From the sequence record DRR723986_3096: 64,000 bases of DNA; one strand, given 5' to 3'. Shown here one piece after another: positions 29,801 to 39,525 of the stretch. Every line of letters begins with the position of its first letter. Position 1 is the first letter of the stretch. Both the position numbers and the translations under genes were made by a program. Below the pieces are notes generated by a model. That model did not search any database, was not told where the DNA came from, and saw only the letters and a program-made list of their open reading frames with translations.

Positions 29801-31005
29801 TCACCAGGGAACAAAAACGAAGCACGACCAGCCTCACTTTTGACCTGAGCCTTCTCAAATGTGCAGGAAACTTGGAAGAGCGGACTTCGGCTGCTATCGC
29901 GAATCACATCGCTCTGGGCGACAATCTGACTGATCGGGTACTCTTCATTCTGAAGGGCGTCGATCAGAGTTCGGCCGCAACGCTGCGCTTGCTCTGCAAA
30001 TGTTGGATTGTTCCGAACATCGAAAAGCAGCGGTAATACATTGACAAAGAAGCCAACCGTCGTCTCAAAATCGCGTTGACTGCGTCCTGTAAATGGACTG
30101 CCGACGAAGAACGCCTCTTGGCCACTGTAGCTGGACAAGGTTGCTGCGATGGCGGCGTGGACGATAGCGACGGGAGTCACCTTTAGCTTGCTGGCTAGTT
30201 CGCTTAGCCTTCGCCCGCTGCCAGCAGAGATTTCCAGGCTCGCCACTGAGGCTCTGCCCGTGAATTTCGCCGGTCGCAGAAAATCCGTCGGCAGCTCAAG
30301 GGCGCTATCTCCCTCGGCGAGCTGGTTCATCCAGTATTGTCGCTGTCTCTGACCCCCCTCAGAGTCGAGCAATGCCGATTGCCGCTGAACGAACTTGCCA
30401 TAGTTGTTCTGCGGATCAGGCAAATGCACCGGTATGCCATCAGCGAGCCTTGGATAGCTTTCACGCAATTCGCCAAGAATCAGGACAAGCGACCAGTAGT
30501 CGACAACAATGTGATGCGCTTGGGCAAAGACAATCCAGTCATCATCAGCAATCCGGTAGACGTTCAAACGCAGAAGTGGACCGCTGCGAAGGTCGAAAGG
30601 AACGGCCGCCTGCCTAGCTAGTGCACTGTGGATTTCGGCATCACTGGCGCCCAGCAAATCTTCGACCTGAAAGCCTGGTGGCAGGTCATCGTGGATCGTT
30701 TGCAGGGGCCGACCGTCTTCGTCAGAGAATGTCGCTCGCAAACTGCTGTGACGTCGCGCGACTTGGTTCAGTGCCTCGCGCAGAACCTTGGGCTGCAATC
30801 TGCTGCGCAGACGTGTTGGCAGAAATACATTGAACGAGGTCGCTTCGGGCGCCCGGCGAAAGTCATGCCAAAGGCCTTGCTGACCATGAGACATGGGGAA
30901 CTGCTTGCTGCGGCGAGACTTTTCTTCCAACAGCTTTGCAAGCAGCGTCCTCTTTTGCTCGGGCGAGAGTTTTGAAACGTCCAAACCGTCTACTCTATCG
31001 CCCAC
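26815..31005 (-). CDS. Single-module NRPS: docking-C-A-PCP-TE
   Basis: C domain HHIVVDYWS; A domain YTSGSTGRPKG, YGPTE, YLTGD and GKVDRK; PCP FFAAGGTSL; TE GWSLGG...GHH. Confidence 0.95.
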   Translation of the reverse strand: MGDRVDGLDVSKLSPEQKRTLLAKLLEEKSRRSKQFPMSHGQQGLWHDFRRAPEATSFNVFLPTRLRSRLQPKVLREALNQVARRHSSLRATFSDEDGRPLQTIHDDLPPGFQVEDLLGASDAEIHSALARQAAVPFDLRSGPLLRLNVYRIADDDWIVFAQAHHIVVDYWSLVLILGELRESYPRLADGIPVHLPDPQNNYGKFVQRQSALLDSEGGQRQRQYWMNQLAEGDSALELPTDFLRPAKFTGRASVASLEISAGSGRRLSELASKLKVTPVAIVHAAIAATLSSYSGQEAFFVGSPFTGRSQRDFETTVGFFVNVLPLLFDVRNNPTFAEQAQRCGRTLIDALQNEEYPISQIVAQSDVIRDSSRSPLFQVSCTFEKAQVKSEAGRASFLFPGEEQSWTFAGMRQESFYFEHPTCHYDVEFIFEHSADELKGMVCYCKDLFAADTMQQFARVFSQILDAGLSRPDTRLPAIVSSVAATAPVLNGDTPEFNVAKKIIGHAVDAPDATAFTLGDDQTSYADLVNSAMQLASELTKVGVQPGERLPVFCKGGRSAFTAMLGVQLVGAVPIPIDARQPSVTWADLAADTGAKRCVCDTTSDWALPSVAQIDTRTLPASAASVVSSNQASASGESTEIGTAANEAMQQIQDDAAAYVVYTSGSTGRPKGVEVPFAAIGNTLNWRAQAVPLEKGDRVLMLLSHQFDAALGVAWTTLTQGATLVWPDDETVRDPALLVEFIREQRISVLPAVPSLLSLLVEQPQFSQCKSLRYVWTGGESMPTELPSQIQATKTASKFWNFYGPTEAAVEATAIELLDHDARRTIPIGPPIAGCEVLILGRDRMPVPDTIPGEIAIGGNGLANGYVGAPELTAERFVSHPLDPTRRVYLTGDRGRKLTSGAIEFLGRSDHQVKVRGYRIELSEVESAAAECSKAVRCAAKVVEGPGANSTLALFVQLAADADQQQAIAQIRVELAAKLPAFKRPDAILPVDTMPMLTSGKVDRKQLPSTIDSLTVGRQVLPPENAAEQFLHDSWAEVIGCDAISIDENFFAAGGTSLQAAMLTTRLSEELGIRVPAALIFDLATIRSMACSLYELHDETMSKRFGAAAVSSAARHGAASLITPLRTGGSQRPIFLVHPPGGIVICYQDLMKCLGDDQPVYGIRSRGLHGDEELPTSIESMAEEYIEAIRTVQPEGPYIVGGWSLGGLIAYEMARQCLASGVEIERLLLLDTTIPEESTPLVPKDERVNVGLEYGIEMTLEQLGELSAKEQLPLLFEHVKKLGVLTEESPPEVVAQTLEDLQGLFHRHVELSTIFKLEPIECNILLFRPSETPVQINGPRPSEDRGWGYLVDQVAVEFVPGHHHSMVQSPNVEHLARALQRHLTTGEEQFQASKSS

Positions 31006-31008
31006 AGA

Positions 31009-34000
31009 CTACTCGCTTTCTCGCAACAACTGTCCAAGCAGCTTGTTTACTTCGTCGTCATTTAACTCTGGCAACTGCGCCAGCAACTGCTCTGCATCAC
31101 CAGCATGCTCGGGCGACGATTCATGCGCCGAACCATCCTGATCCGAATTTGCTTTAATCGAATCATCGGCCGAGGTGACCGCGACTTGGGGAGTGCTACC
31201 GCCAATGAGCTCACTAACGCCTTGAACCAATTCACCGTAGGACTCGCTTCTCATCAGCAAAGCGATCGGCATGCTAATTTCCATGTGACTCTCGATCCAA
31301 TTTCGCATCTCGACCGCCATCAGCGAATCCAAGCCAAGTTCCAGCAGAGCTCGATCGGCCGGAATATCTCCTGGAGCGACGCCTAGCAGGCTGCCCGCTT
31401 TGCTGCGAAGTCCTGTGTCGATCATCTTCAGACGCTCTTCCTCCGATGCACTACGAAGCGAAGCCGCGGTCGCCAGGCCGCCATCTTGTGATTCGCCGGG
31501 AGCGTGAACGAGCAAGTGTTCAAACCGCGGCGACACGCGATTGGTAATGCCCAGCCCACGCCAGGTTGACCAGTCTATGCGGAGTACGCTCATTTGCACA
31601 ACCCGCTGTGACAATGCATAGTCGAGGCAATCGGTGGCCTGCTTAACAGTAAAGCTCAGCACGCCTTGCCGCTGGAGTCGCTGCCCCAGCTCATCACGCT
31701 CGGCAAGATAACCAACCTCGCCCAAGTGGCCCCAGTTCATTACCAATCCAGGCAATCCCTGAGCCCGTCGATAGAACGCCAGGCTATCCAGCAGCGCGTT
31801 TGCTGCAGAGTAGTTGGCTTGGCCCGCGTGCCCAAAGACACTGGAAAGCGAGGAGAACAAAATGAAGCAGTCGAGTTCCCGTCCGAGCGTCTGTTGGTGC
31901 AGGTTCCAACCACCCAGAACTTTTGGATAAAGAACACGATCAAGCGTCTCGCGATCTAGGTCCGGAATGAGCTTGTCTTCCAAGACCATTGCCGTATGGA
32001 TGACACCAGCCAGTGGCGGCAGATCTTCGTCGATGATCTTTAGAACCCGCTGAACTTCGTCAGCGCTTGTAACGTCAGCCGGGATTAGTTCAACTCTAAT
32101 GCCTTGCCCACGTAGTTGCTCGATCACCTCCGCCGCAGCGTCTCGCGGAGTTTTACTTCGACCGGTGAGCACTAGATTCTTCGCGCCGCGCTGACACAAC
32201 CACTTTGTGATTTCCAGTCCGAAACCTCCCAGACCACCGACCACCCAGTAAGTTCCGTCTTCACGCATCTCAGCAGGCGAGTGCTCTCCGGGGAAAACGG
32301 GCTCGGGCCGACCGTCGAATGTGACCGCGATCTTGCCAATGTGTTGCCCACTTTGCATATACTTGAATGCGTCGACGGTCTCCGGTGCAGCAAAAGACTT
32401 GACAGGGATGGGCTTGAGTTCGCCCGAAGCAAACCGCTGCATCAGCTCCCTGAGCATCGTCCCCATCCACTGAGGCTTTCGCTTGAACAGTTGATCAAGG
32501 TCGATAGCGTGTAACGCGAGATTGTTTCGGAACGGGTAAAGCCCCAGCGGTGCATCCGAATAAATATCGCGTTTTCCAATCTCGAGGAAATGACCTCCGG
32601 TGCGAAGTGTTGACAATCCGACCTTGATTGCCTCACCTGGCAGGCTGTTCAGAACGGCGTCCACGCCCTCGCCATCGGTCGCGGCCAGCGTTTCAGGGCC
32701 AAAGTCGAGTGACCGCGAGTTCATAATGTGCTCAACGCCCAAACTGCGAAGATAGCGGCGTTTTTCGTCGTTTCCGGCCGTTGCGAAGACTTCAATCCCC
32801 TTCAGTTTCGCAAGCTGCAGCGCCGCCAGCCCAACTCCCCCACTGGCTGAATGAACCAGCAGACGATCCCCTCGTTCCAAATGAGCGCAGTTCTCCATCG
32901 CGTGCTGAGCTGTCAGGAAAGCGATTGGAATCGCACAAGCTTGTTCGAAGGTGAGGTTCTCTGGCATCTTAGCAACCAGAGCTTCGTCGACAACGACGTG
33001 CGTCGAAAATGCGCCAGGTGCGATGGCGACCACCGGATCGCCCTCGCTGAACCGGCAACCAGAGCCAACACGCGTGACGACGCCAGCACACTCGGCCCCC
33101 AAATCCACCGGGCCATCAGCCATGCCTGGATAAAGGGCCAACGACTTCATTACGTCCGCGAAATTCAATGCGCCGGCGCGAACCTCAATTTCCAACTCGC
33201 CGGATTCCAAGTAGCCTGGATCAAACCCGTGCACTCCGAAGCGACCATCGCGGATCGTGGTGTATCGCATCTCCTCGATACTAGCCGACTTGCCGGGCGT
33301 CAGGCGGCTTGGCAATTCATTCGCAACTGAGGTCGGCAATGCTTTTTCATCCTGCCGTCCAAAACGACGAACGAACCTGCTGCCGTCACGCCACATAATC
33401 TCGTCTTCGCCATCCCAGCATGCCAGCTCGTCAACCAAGCAGTCGAGGTCCGTTGTGGCGGGCTGCGAGGGCAAGTCGATCAGCTTGGTCTCGAGGGCTG
33501 CGTACTCGCTGACGATAACACGCGCCATTCCGATAAGCGGTCCAGCGGCAACCGACACCAGTTCTGGTTCATCTTCCATCGATTGCGCACCGGCGGTCAC
33601 CACGCTCAGGCGGGCTGTGGGCGAGCCAGACAGCTTCTCCCAGGCTTGCACTAGTGAAACGGGTGCGACGGAAGTCAGATGGGTGCTTTCCTGAAGAGCT
33701 GTGCAGTTCAGCAAATGCGGCTGAGGCACATCGTTGCCCCAGAGGTAGACAACGGAATCGATCGTTCCGCCCGCGTCATCAAAGACTGCCCGCAGGGCGT
33801 CCGTAAAACTCTCAACCGATTCCGGATCGGCCTGATAGAAGCGTGACGTGGCCGTCTTGGCTACTTGTGAATCATGTCGGTACACTTCGAATACTTGTCC
33901 GCCCCGGCGAACCAAACGCTCGGTGATCTCGCGTCCCACGCCACCTTCGTCCATGAAGATCAGCCACTTCGGCGACGGTGGCAGAGTGTCTTCGGCTGGG

Positions 34001-37000
34001 GCCGCAGCACTGGCCTGTGAATCAAGTGGGTTCTCGATCCACGAATAGGCATACGCCATGTCCTGGAGCGTTTCCTTGCCCGTCGAATGACCTACTTTCT
34101 GACTAACAAAAGACTCGATCGAAATACAGAGCCTTTCATCGGCGTCATAAATGTTGACGTCGCAGCGCATCTTTCGATCTGTCTTTGAGATCAACTGGCA
34201 GTGGACGATTGCAGCCGCTCCCGGGTTGCCATAGTATCGAAATTCTTCGATCTCGTTGGGTAAGTAGAGGCCACTGTTGGTGTGATCGAAGTCTGGATCC
34301 GCTGCGATCATCGCGTGAAAGCAACTGTCCAATATGGCTGGGTGGACAACATGCTCTGCCGAGCTAGCGTCCAGCTCCGGCAACGAGACTTCAGCAACCG
34401 CCTCGCCGACACGACGCACGCCGTGTTGAATTCCCTTGAACAACGGCCCGTACTTCAGGCCAATCGATTGGCAGTAATCATACAGCCGGTCTTGGTCGAA
34501 CTGCTCATTGCACCGGCTTCTTGCCTCTCGCAAAATTGACGACGATTCCAAGGGGCGTTTGGCAGCCAGCGAACTCAAATCGGCTACAGCCATTGGCTGC
34601 CAGTGCTCGTTGTCACAATCGCGAAATGCAAGTTCCACCATTCGCCGATCTGGAACATACCGCGTTTGTATCCACTTCGAGTTGGCATCGGTCAACGTGC
34701 AAGCTGCTTGAAAGCGAACTCGTTGGACCATGAATGGCTTGGTCGAAGAGGCATCGTCGGAGTCCCCAATTTCTGCGGGCCGACCGTTGTCGCCGGCCAT
34801 GTTGATCTCGCGTCCGGCGGCAACAATCGTGTCCAGCATGGCCGCCGCCGGGTACATAATTGCATCACGGACCGAGTGGTCAGACAGATAGCGTTGCAGA
34901 CCGAGGTCAATCCGAGATTGCCAAACCGGCGCGTCGGTGTCAGCTCGTTCCCCAAGCAGTGGGTGCACCGGTGTAGCCGTCCTGGAAAGGCGGCTTTGTA
35001 GCGATTCGGACCAACAGACCTGCTGTTCGAACGGATAAATCGGCAAATCGATTCTTCGCGTCGGCTTGTTGTAAAAGCCAGACCACTTGATATCAAAACC
35101 CATTGAATAGAGGTCACCCAGCGACTTGGTGATTACCTGCAAATCGTCTTGCTGTCGATTGAGCGATGCGACGGTGCGGACGTTACTCCCAGCCGCCTGA
35201 AAACATTCGTTGATCGAGTAGGCCAGGACTGGGTGCGGCCCAACTTCGACGGCTACACCAATGCCGCGCTGAGCGACGCTAGCCATTGCATCGGAGAATC
35301 GCACGCTGTGGCGAACGTTTTGCCACCAATAGTCTGCCCCAACTTCTTTGCCGCAAATCTCTTTTCCAGTCACCGTCGAGATCAACGGAACCTTGGTTTC
35401 CGATGGCCGAATGCCGCCGAGCGATCGAAGCAACTCCTCTCGGACCGGCTCCATCTGCGGGCTATGGAATGCATACTCAACGGTCAATCGGCGCCAGAAA
35501 ATCCCCGCCTCCTGGAGCCGACTTCCGATTTCATCGATAGCATCTTGCGCCCCGGAGATCGTTACCGAAGTCGGCCCGTTGATGGCCGCAATCGAAACAA
35601 CGTTTTCCAAACCTTGAATCCATTGCGGGACTTCTTCCGCACTCAGGCCAGCGGCTAGCATGCCGCCGTGCGAGCTCGCAAGGTCCATCGTTCGTCCACG
35701 ATGGAACGCAACCAACGCAGCGTCCTCGAAAGACAGTGCACCGGAGAGGTGGGCGGCGGCGATCTCACCGACACTATGCCCAACCAAAACGGCGGGACGC
35801 ACACCCCAGCTTTCCCAAACGGCGGCGAGTGCAACTTGGATCGCAAAAATACTCGGCTGAGCGATGGAGGTTTGATTCATCCTCGATTCCGACTCAGGCC
35901 GTGTGAGCTCCTCCATCAGGGACCACGACGCGTACTTCGAAAGCTCTCGGTCGCAACGCTTGATGGCCGAACGGAAAGCGGGCGAGTACTTGAGAAGCCC
36001 GCGGCCCATGCCCCACCACTGCGGCCCTTGCCCACTGAGCACGAACGCCACGCCAGAGCTGAGCCGTTGAGCACTTACTTCGTCACCAAGTTCACTGTGG
36101 TTGGACGCCGCAATCTCACGCAATTGCTCAATCATCGAAGAGCGATCTGCAGCAGAGGCGGTCGTGCGTTGGCTGTGATGCGAACGTCGATGTGCGATAT
36201 AGCCGGCAATCTCCGCCAGATGCATTCCCGGATCCAACGACTGGAGAGCATCCGCATATTCGCCAGCGAGAGCTGCAAGCGATGTTTTGCTGCGAGCCGA
36301 AAGCGGCAAAAGGACCGGAGCTTCGAAACTCGGCGGTTGGTTGTTTTCTTTACCGCGTGTGGTTGGCTTTGCTGATTCAGCAGAATCTTGTCGCAGAGAG
36401 TCCGATGCAGCCTCCTGTCTTCGACCGGCTGGTGCAGTTGCTTTTCGCGAAGACTGCGGAGCGGACTCAAGGACGATATGTGCATTTGCACCACCGTACC
36501 CAAATCCGTTAATACCAGCCAAACGCGGACTGTCGCTGGACCAATCACATAACTCAGTTGGAAGTTGCAGACGCAGCGCTTCAAAGTCGATTGCAGGATT
36601 GGCAGATTGGAAATGCAAATGCGGCGGAATAGCACTATGGTGCATCGCCAGAGCGACTTTGATCACACTGGCGATTCCGGCTCCCGCCTCAAGGTGGCCG
36701 ATGTTGGTCTTTACCGAGCCAATCCAGCACTTCGAATTCCGGTTACGCTCCGCGCCGAGAACGGAGCCAATCGCATTGGCCTCAATTGGGTCGCCAACGG
36801 GCGTCCCTGTCCCATGCGCTTCGACGTACTGAATGTCACCGGGCTCCACTTGAGCTTTTTCGCAGGCAGCCTTGATCAGTGACTCTTGGGCCGACTGGCT
36901 TGGCACGGTCATGCCTGGTGTTCGACCATCTTGATTGAGTGCCGTCGAGCGGACGACCGAGTAGATCGGATCACCGTCGCGCATCGCAGCAGCCAATGGT

Positions 37001-37785
37001 TTAAGCATCACCATTCCTGCGCCTTCGCTGCGCACATATCCGTTCGCTCGAGAGTCGAAGGTCTTGCAGCGACCGTCGGGCGAAAGCACGCCGAGCTGAC
37101 TGAACGCGACGTAGAAATCCGGCAGAATTAGAGCGTTGACTCCACCAGCTAGTGCCATTTCGGCGTCGCCTCGCCAAATGCTCTCGCAGGCCATGTGCAT
37201 GGCTACCAACGATGATGAACAGGCCGTGTCGACGGCGACACTGGGGCCACGTAGGTCAAAGCAATAGGAGATCCGATTGGCAGCGATACTGCTTGATCCA
37301 CCGGTGTTGCTGTATGCATCGATAACGCCACGGTCCTGGTAGCTCAATCCAGCGACGGCGTAGTCAAAGCTTGAGATCCCGGCGAAAACCGAGACGCTTC
37401 GCCCGGCTAGCCTGCCGACTTGAACCCCAGCGTCTTCTATCGCCCGATACGTACACTCCAACAGCATTCGCTGCTGCGGATCCATGCTGGCTGCCTCGCG
37501 AGGCGAAATCTTGAATAGCTGCGGGTCGAACAAATCGATGCCCTCAACGTACCCGCCCCACTTGCTTTGCGTCTTGCTGACCGTCGTGTCACCAGGGGAA
37601 TAGAACTTATCCAAGTTCCACCGCGCCGGTGGCGTTTCGGTGATGCAGTCTTTTCCGGAGCGAAGGTTGCTCCAGTACGCCTGCCAGTCGTTCGCGGCGC
37701 CGGGGAAACGACAACCAATGCCGATAATCGCAATTGGCTCGTTGGCGGTCGCGGCGTTGATGTTTCGATATTGTTGTTTGCTCAT
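31009..37785 (-). CDS. Type I PKS, single fully reducing module: KS-AT-DH-ER-KR-ACP
   Basis: KS DTACSSS, HGTGT and KTNIGH; AT GHSVG and YAFH; DH HPLLG...DHSVRDAIMYP...DSCFH; ER HSASGGVG; KR GGLGGFG, LED and YSAAN; ACP LGLDSL. Strong RBS CAGGAGG. Confidence 0.95.
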   Translation of the reverse strand: MSKQQYRNINAATANEPIAIIGIGCRFPGAANDWQAYWSNLRSGKDCITETPPARWNLDKFYSPGDTTVSKTQSKWGGYVEGIDLFDPQLFKISPREAASMDPQQRMLLECTYRAIEDAGVQVGRLAGRSVSVFAGISSFDYAVAGLSYQDRGVIDAYSNTGGSSSIAANRISYCFDLRGPSVAVDTACSSSLVAMHMACESIWRGDAEMALAGGVNALILPDFYVAFSQLGVLSPDGRCKTFDSRANGYVRSEGAGMVMLKPLAAAMRDGDPIYSVVRSTALNQDGRTPGMTVPSQSAQESLIKAACEKAQVEPGDIQYVEAHGTGTPVGDPIEANAIGSVLGAERNRNSKCWIGSVKTNIGHLEAGAGIASVIKVALAMHHSAIPPHLHFQSANPAIDFEALRLQLPTELCDWSSDSPRLAGINGFGYGGANAHIVLESAPQSSRKATAPAGRRQEAASDSLRQDSAESAKPTTRGKENNQPPSFEAPVLLPLSARSKTSLAALAGEYADALQSLDPGMHLAEIAGYIAHRRSHHSQRTTASAADRSSMIEQLREIAASNHSELGDEVSAQRLSSGVAFVLSGQGPQWWGMGRGLLKYSPAFRSAIKRCDRELSKYASWSLMEELTRPESESRMNQTSIAQPSIFAIQVALAAVWESWGVRPAVLVGHSVGEIAAAHLSGALSFEDAALVAFHRGRTMDLASSHGGMLAAGLSAEEVPQWIQGLENVVSIAAINGPTSVTISGAQDAIDEIGSRLQEAGIFWRRLTVEYAFHSPQMEPVREELLRSLGGIRPSETKVPLISTVTGKEICGKEVGADYWWQNVRHSVRFSDAMASVAQRGIGVAVEVGPHPVLAYSINECFQAAGSNVRTVASLNRQQDDLQVITKSLGDLYSMGFDIKWSGFYNKPTRRIDLPIYPFEQQVCWSESLQSRLSRTATPVHPLLGERADTDAPVWQSRIDLGLQRYLSDHSVRDAIMYPAAAMLDTIVAAGREINMAGDNGRPAEIGDSDDASSTKPFMVQRVRFQAACTLTDANSKWIQTRYVPDRRMVELAFRDCDNEHWQPMAVADLSSLAAKRPLESSSILREARSRCNEQFDQDRLYDYCQSIGLKYGPLFKGIQHGVRRVGEAVAEVSLPELDASSAEHVVHPAILDSCFHAMIAADPDFDHTNSGLYLPNEIEEFRYYGNPGAAAIVHCQLISKTDRKMRCDVNIYDADERLCISIESFVSQKVGHSTGKETLQDMAYAYSWIENPLDSQASAAAPAEDTLPPSPKWLIFMDEGGVGREITERLVRRGGQVFEVYRHDSQVAKTATSRFYQADPESVESFTDALRAVFDDAGGTIDSVVYLWGNDVPQPHLLNCTALQESTHLTSVAPVSLVQAWEKLSGSPTARLSVVTAGAQSMEDEPELVSVAAGPLIGMARVIVSEYAALETKLIDLPSQPATTDLDCLVDELACWDGEDEIMWRDGSRFVRRFGRQDEKALPTSVANELPSRLTPGKSASIEEMRYTTIRDGRFGVHGFDPGYLESGELEIEVRAGALNFADVMKSLALYPGMADGPVDLGAECAGVVTRVGSGCRFSEGDPVVAIAPGAFSTHVVVDEALVAKMPENLTFEQACAIPIAFLTAQHAMENCAHLERGDRLLVHSASGGVGLAALQLAKLKGIEVFATAGNDEKRRYLRSLGVEHIMNSRSLDFGPETLAATDGEGVDAVLNSLPGEAIKVGLSTLRTGGHFLEIGKRDIYSDAPLGLYPFRNNLALHAIDLDQLFKRKPQWMGTMLRELMQRFASGELKPIPVKSFAAPETVDAFKYMQSGQHIGKIAVTFDGRPEPVFPGEHSPAEMREDGTYWVVGGLGGFGLEITKWLCQRGAKNLVLTGRSKTPRDAAAEVIEQLRGQGIRVELIPADVTSADEVQRVLKIIDEDLPPLAGVIHTAMVLEDKLIPDLDRETLDRVLYPKVLGGWNLHQQTLGRELDCFILFSSLSSVFGHAGQANYSAANALLDSLAFYRRAQGLPGLVMNWGHLGEVGYLAERDELGQRLQRQGVLSFTVKQATDCLDYALSQRVVQMSVLRIDWSTWRGLGITNRVSPRFEHLLVHAPGESQDGGLATAASLRSASEEERLKMIDTGLRSKAGSLLGVAPGDIPADRALLELGLDSLMAVEMRNWIESHMEISMPIALLMRSESYGELVQGVSELIGGSTPQVAVTSADDSIKANSDQDGSAHESSPEHAGDAEQLLAQLPELNDDEVNKLLGQLLRESE

Positions 37786-37841
37786 GTTGTCTTCCTCCTG
37801 GCGGAGAATTCTCTGGCTGGTTTCTCAGCGTTGCTGGCGGG

Positions 37842-39062
37842 CTAGTTACCAGATCGAAAGGCCTCGCTAGGCAGCATCCTCGACGCTCGAACGGCCGGCA
37901 GGATCGCACCGATCAAGCCAATGCACAGCGAAAGGATGACGCCCTGCAGGATTACCGTTGGGGCGATCGAGGGTGAAAGGATCCCCTTCGCAGCGGGTGC
38001 TTCGCTGAGCAGCCGTACTAGTACGACCGCCACGACACATCCGATGGCGCTGGCGATAATTGCCAAGCCGCATGATTCACACATCACCATGGCAACGATC
38101 CGCTTCTTTGGCCAACCAATTGCACGCAGGATGCCAATCTCACGAGTTCGCTCCATGACACTGGTCAACATGGTATTGAGCGTTCCGATCGAACCGATGA
38201 TCAGGGCAATTGCTGACGTCATCCAGGCCATGGCTCCAGCCATCTGCATCCGTAGATCCGTCTCCACAAATTCGCTGGTAGCGAGCGCCAGGAGCCGAGA
38301 ATCCAGCGCTTGAATTCCCGCGATAGCGTCATCTGCACTGGCCGCACCGCCACCGGCGATAACTGTTTTGTCCAGGATTACGTTGATGTAGGTGACCTGG
38401 CCCTTGCGATCGGTCAGACTCTGCAGCAGTTCAAGCGGCAGAATCATCGATCCGTTTTCCCAAGTGCTCGGGCTCTCAAATACGCCCTCGACGCGATATG
38501 TTTCATCGAAAAGCAGAATTTCTCCTCCCGCTTTTTGCCCAATTCGTTCGGCCAGGTGAATTCCCAGGAAAACGATCTTGTCGGCAGCGCCGCCCGCTCC
38601 CTCTGTTGCGGTCGTTTCGACATCAGCCGCCGGGCTCTCGCTGTCACCTTGACTGCTAGCATTGGGCGCATCAGAGGCGATCACGCGGTCGATGGAATAA
38701 TCTTCGAGCAGCCAGGAATCGAGTGCGATGCCCATCGTGGGCAGCCCGTAAACGCCTTCCTCTTCGAGCGAAAGGGTTTCCAGGAGGACTCCCGCGGCAC
38801 GGTCTACTTCGGCAAGCTGTTCGATTTCGCCAACCATTGCCGCATCCACACTGCTACTCAGGCGATCAGCGGACCCGTCTCGCGACACAACGACGTCGAC
38901 CGAGTGGGCTGCGTAAATATCCGCGAAAGAGCTACTGAAACCATTTGCTACGCCAATCAACGCAACCACGCTGGCGATTGCCGTGGACAGAGCCAATAGG
39001 GTTAGTAGAGTCCGAGCGGGGCGTCGCGTCAGATTCTTGATGACCAGCGAACTGAATCGCAT
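37842..39062 (-). CDS. ABC transporter permease, MacB/FtsX-like
   Basis: KNLTRRPARTLLT N-terminus, a periplasmic loop, and SVMERTREIGILRAIGW. AGGAGG precedes ATG 39062. Confidence 0.88.
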   Translation of the reverse strand: MRFSSLVIKNLTRRPARTLLTLLALSTAIASVVALIGVANGFSSSFADIYAAHSVDVVVSRDGSADRLSSSVDAAMVGEIEQLAEVDRAAGVLLETLSLEEEGVYGLPTMGIALDSWLLEDYSIDRVIASDAPNASSQGDSESPAADVETTATEGAGGAADKIVFLGIHLAERIGQKAGGEILLFDETYRVEGVFESPSTWENGSMILPLELLQSLTDRKGQVTYINVILDKTVIAGGGAASADDAIAGIQALDSRLLALATSEFVETDLRMQMAGAMAWMTSAIALIIGSIGTLNTMLTSVMERTREIGILRAIGWPKKRIVAMVMCESCGLAIIASAIGCVVAVVLVRLLSEAPAAKGILSPSIAPTVILQGVILSLCIGLIGAILPAVRASRMLPSEAFRSGN

Positions 39063-39525
39063 CCCGCCTCCTTCTATGCTCTTAGTCTCACGAATACTGG
39101 CCATCTATGGGCCGGCGCTATAGGTAGCACTTGCAGGGGGCGATTGTACACCAGCAGGAGCGACCTTTTAAAGCTGGTATTAGAACACTCTGCCCGATGA
39201 CAGTTCACCGCACCTCGGTAGTTTTCGGCTTTCCGAATCTCCGACCTGAGCGAGTTTGTTGGACTGCGTGGATTCTAGCGACCGTCAGCGGCATTGAGGC
39301 CCGGGGACTTTTCCTATCGGGCGAACTCAAACGCCTAGGGGGACTAGGTGCCTGCCGGGGACGCTCCCGAGGATAACGCCTCTGCAGTGAACCGGAATTG
39401 TGGCGAATGGGAGTGTGGCACCAAACCGATCCAATATTCAGGAGTTGCCGTTTTCGACGCCTGCGAACACGCAACAAGCGGAATCAAAATGCGGCTCTCC
39501 GGCCAACCCTTGCTGAGAATCAACC

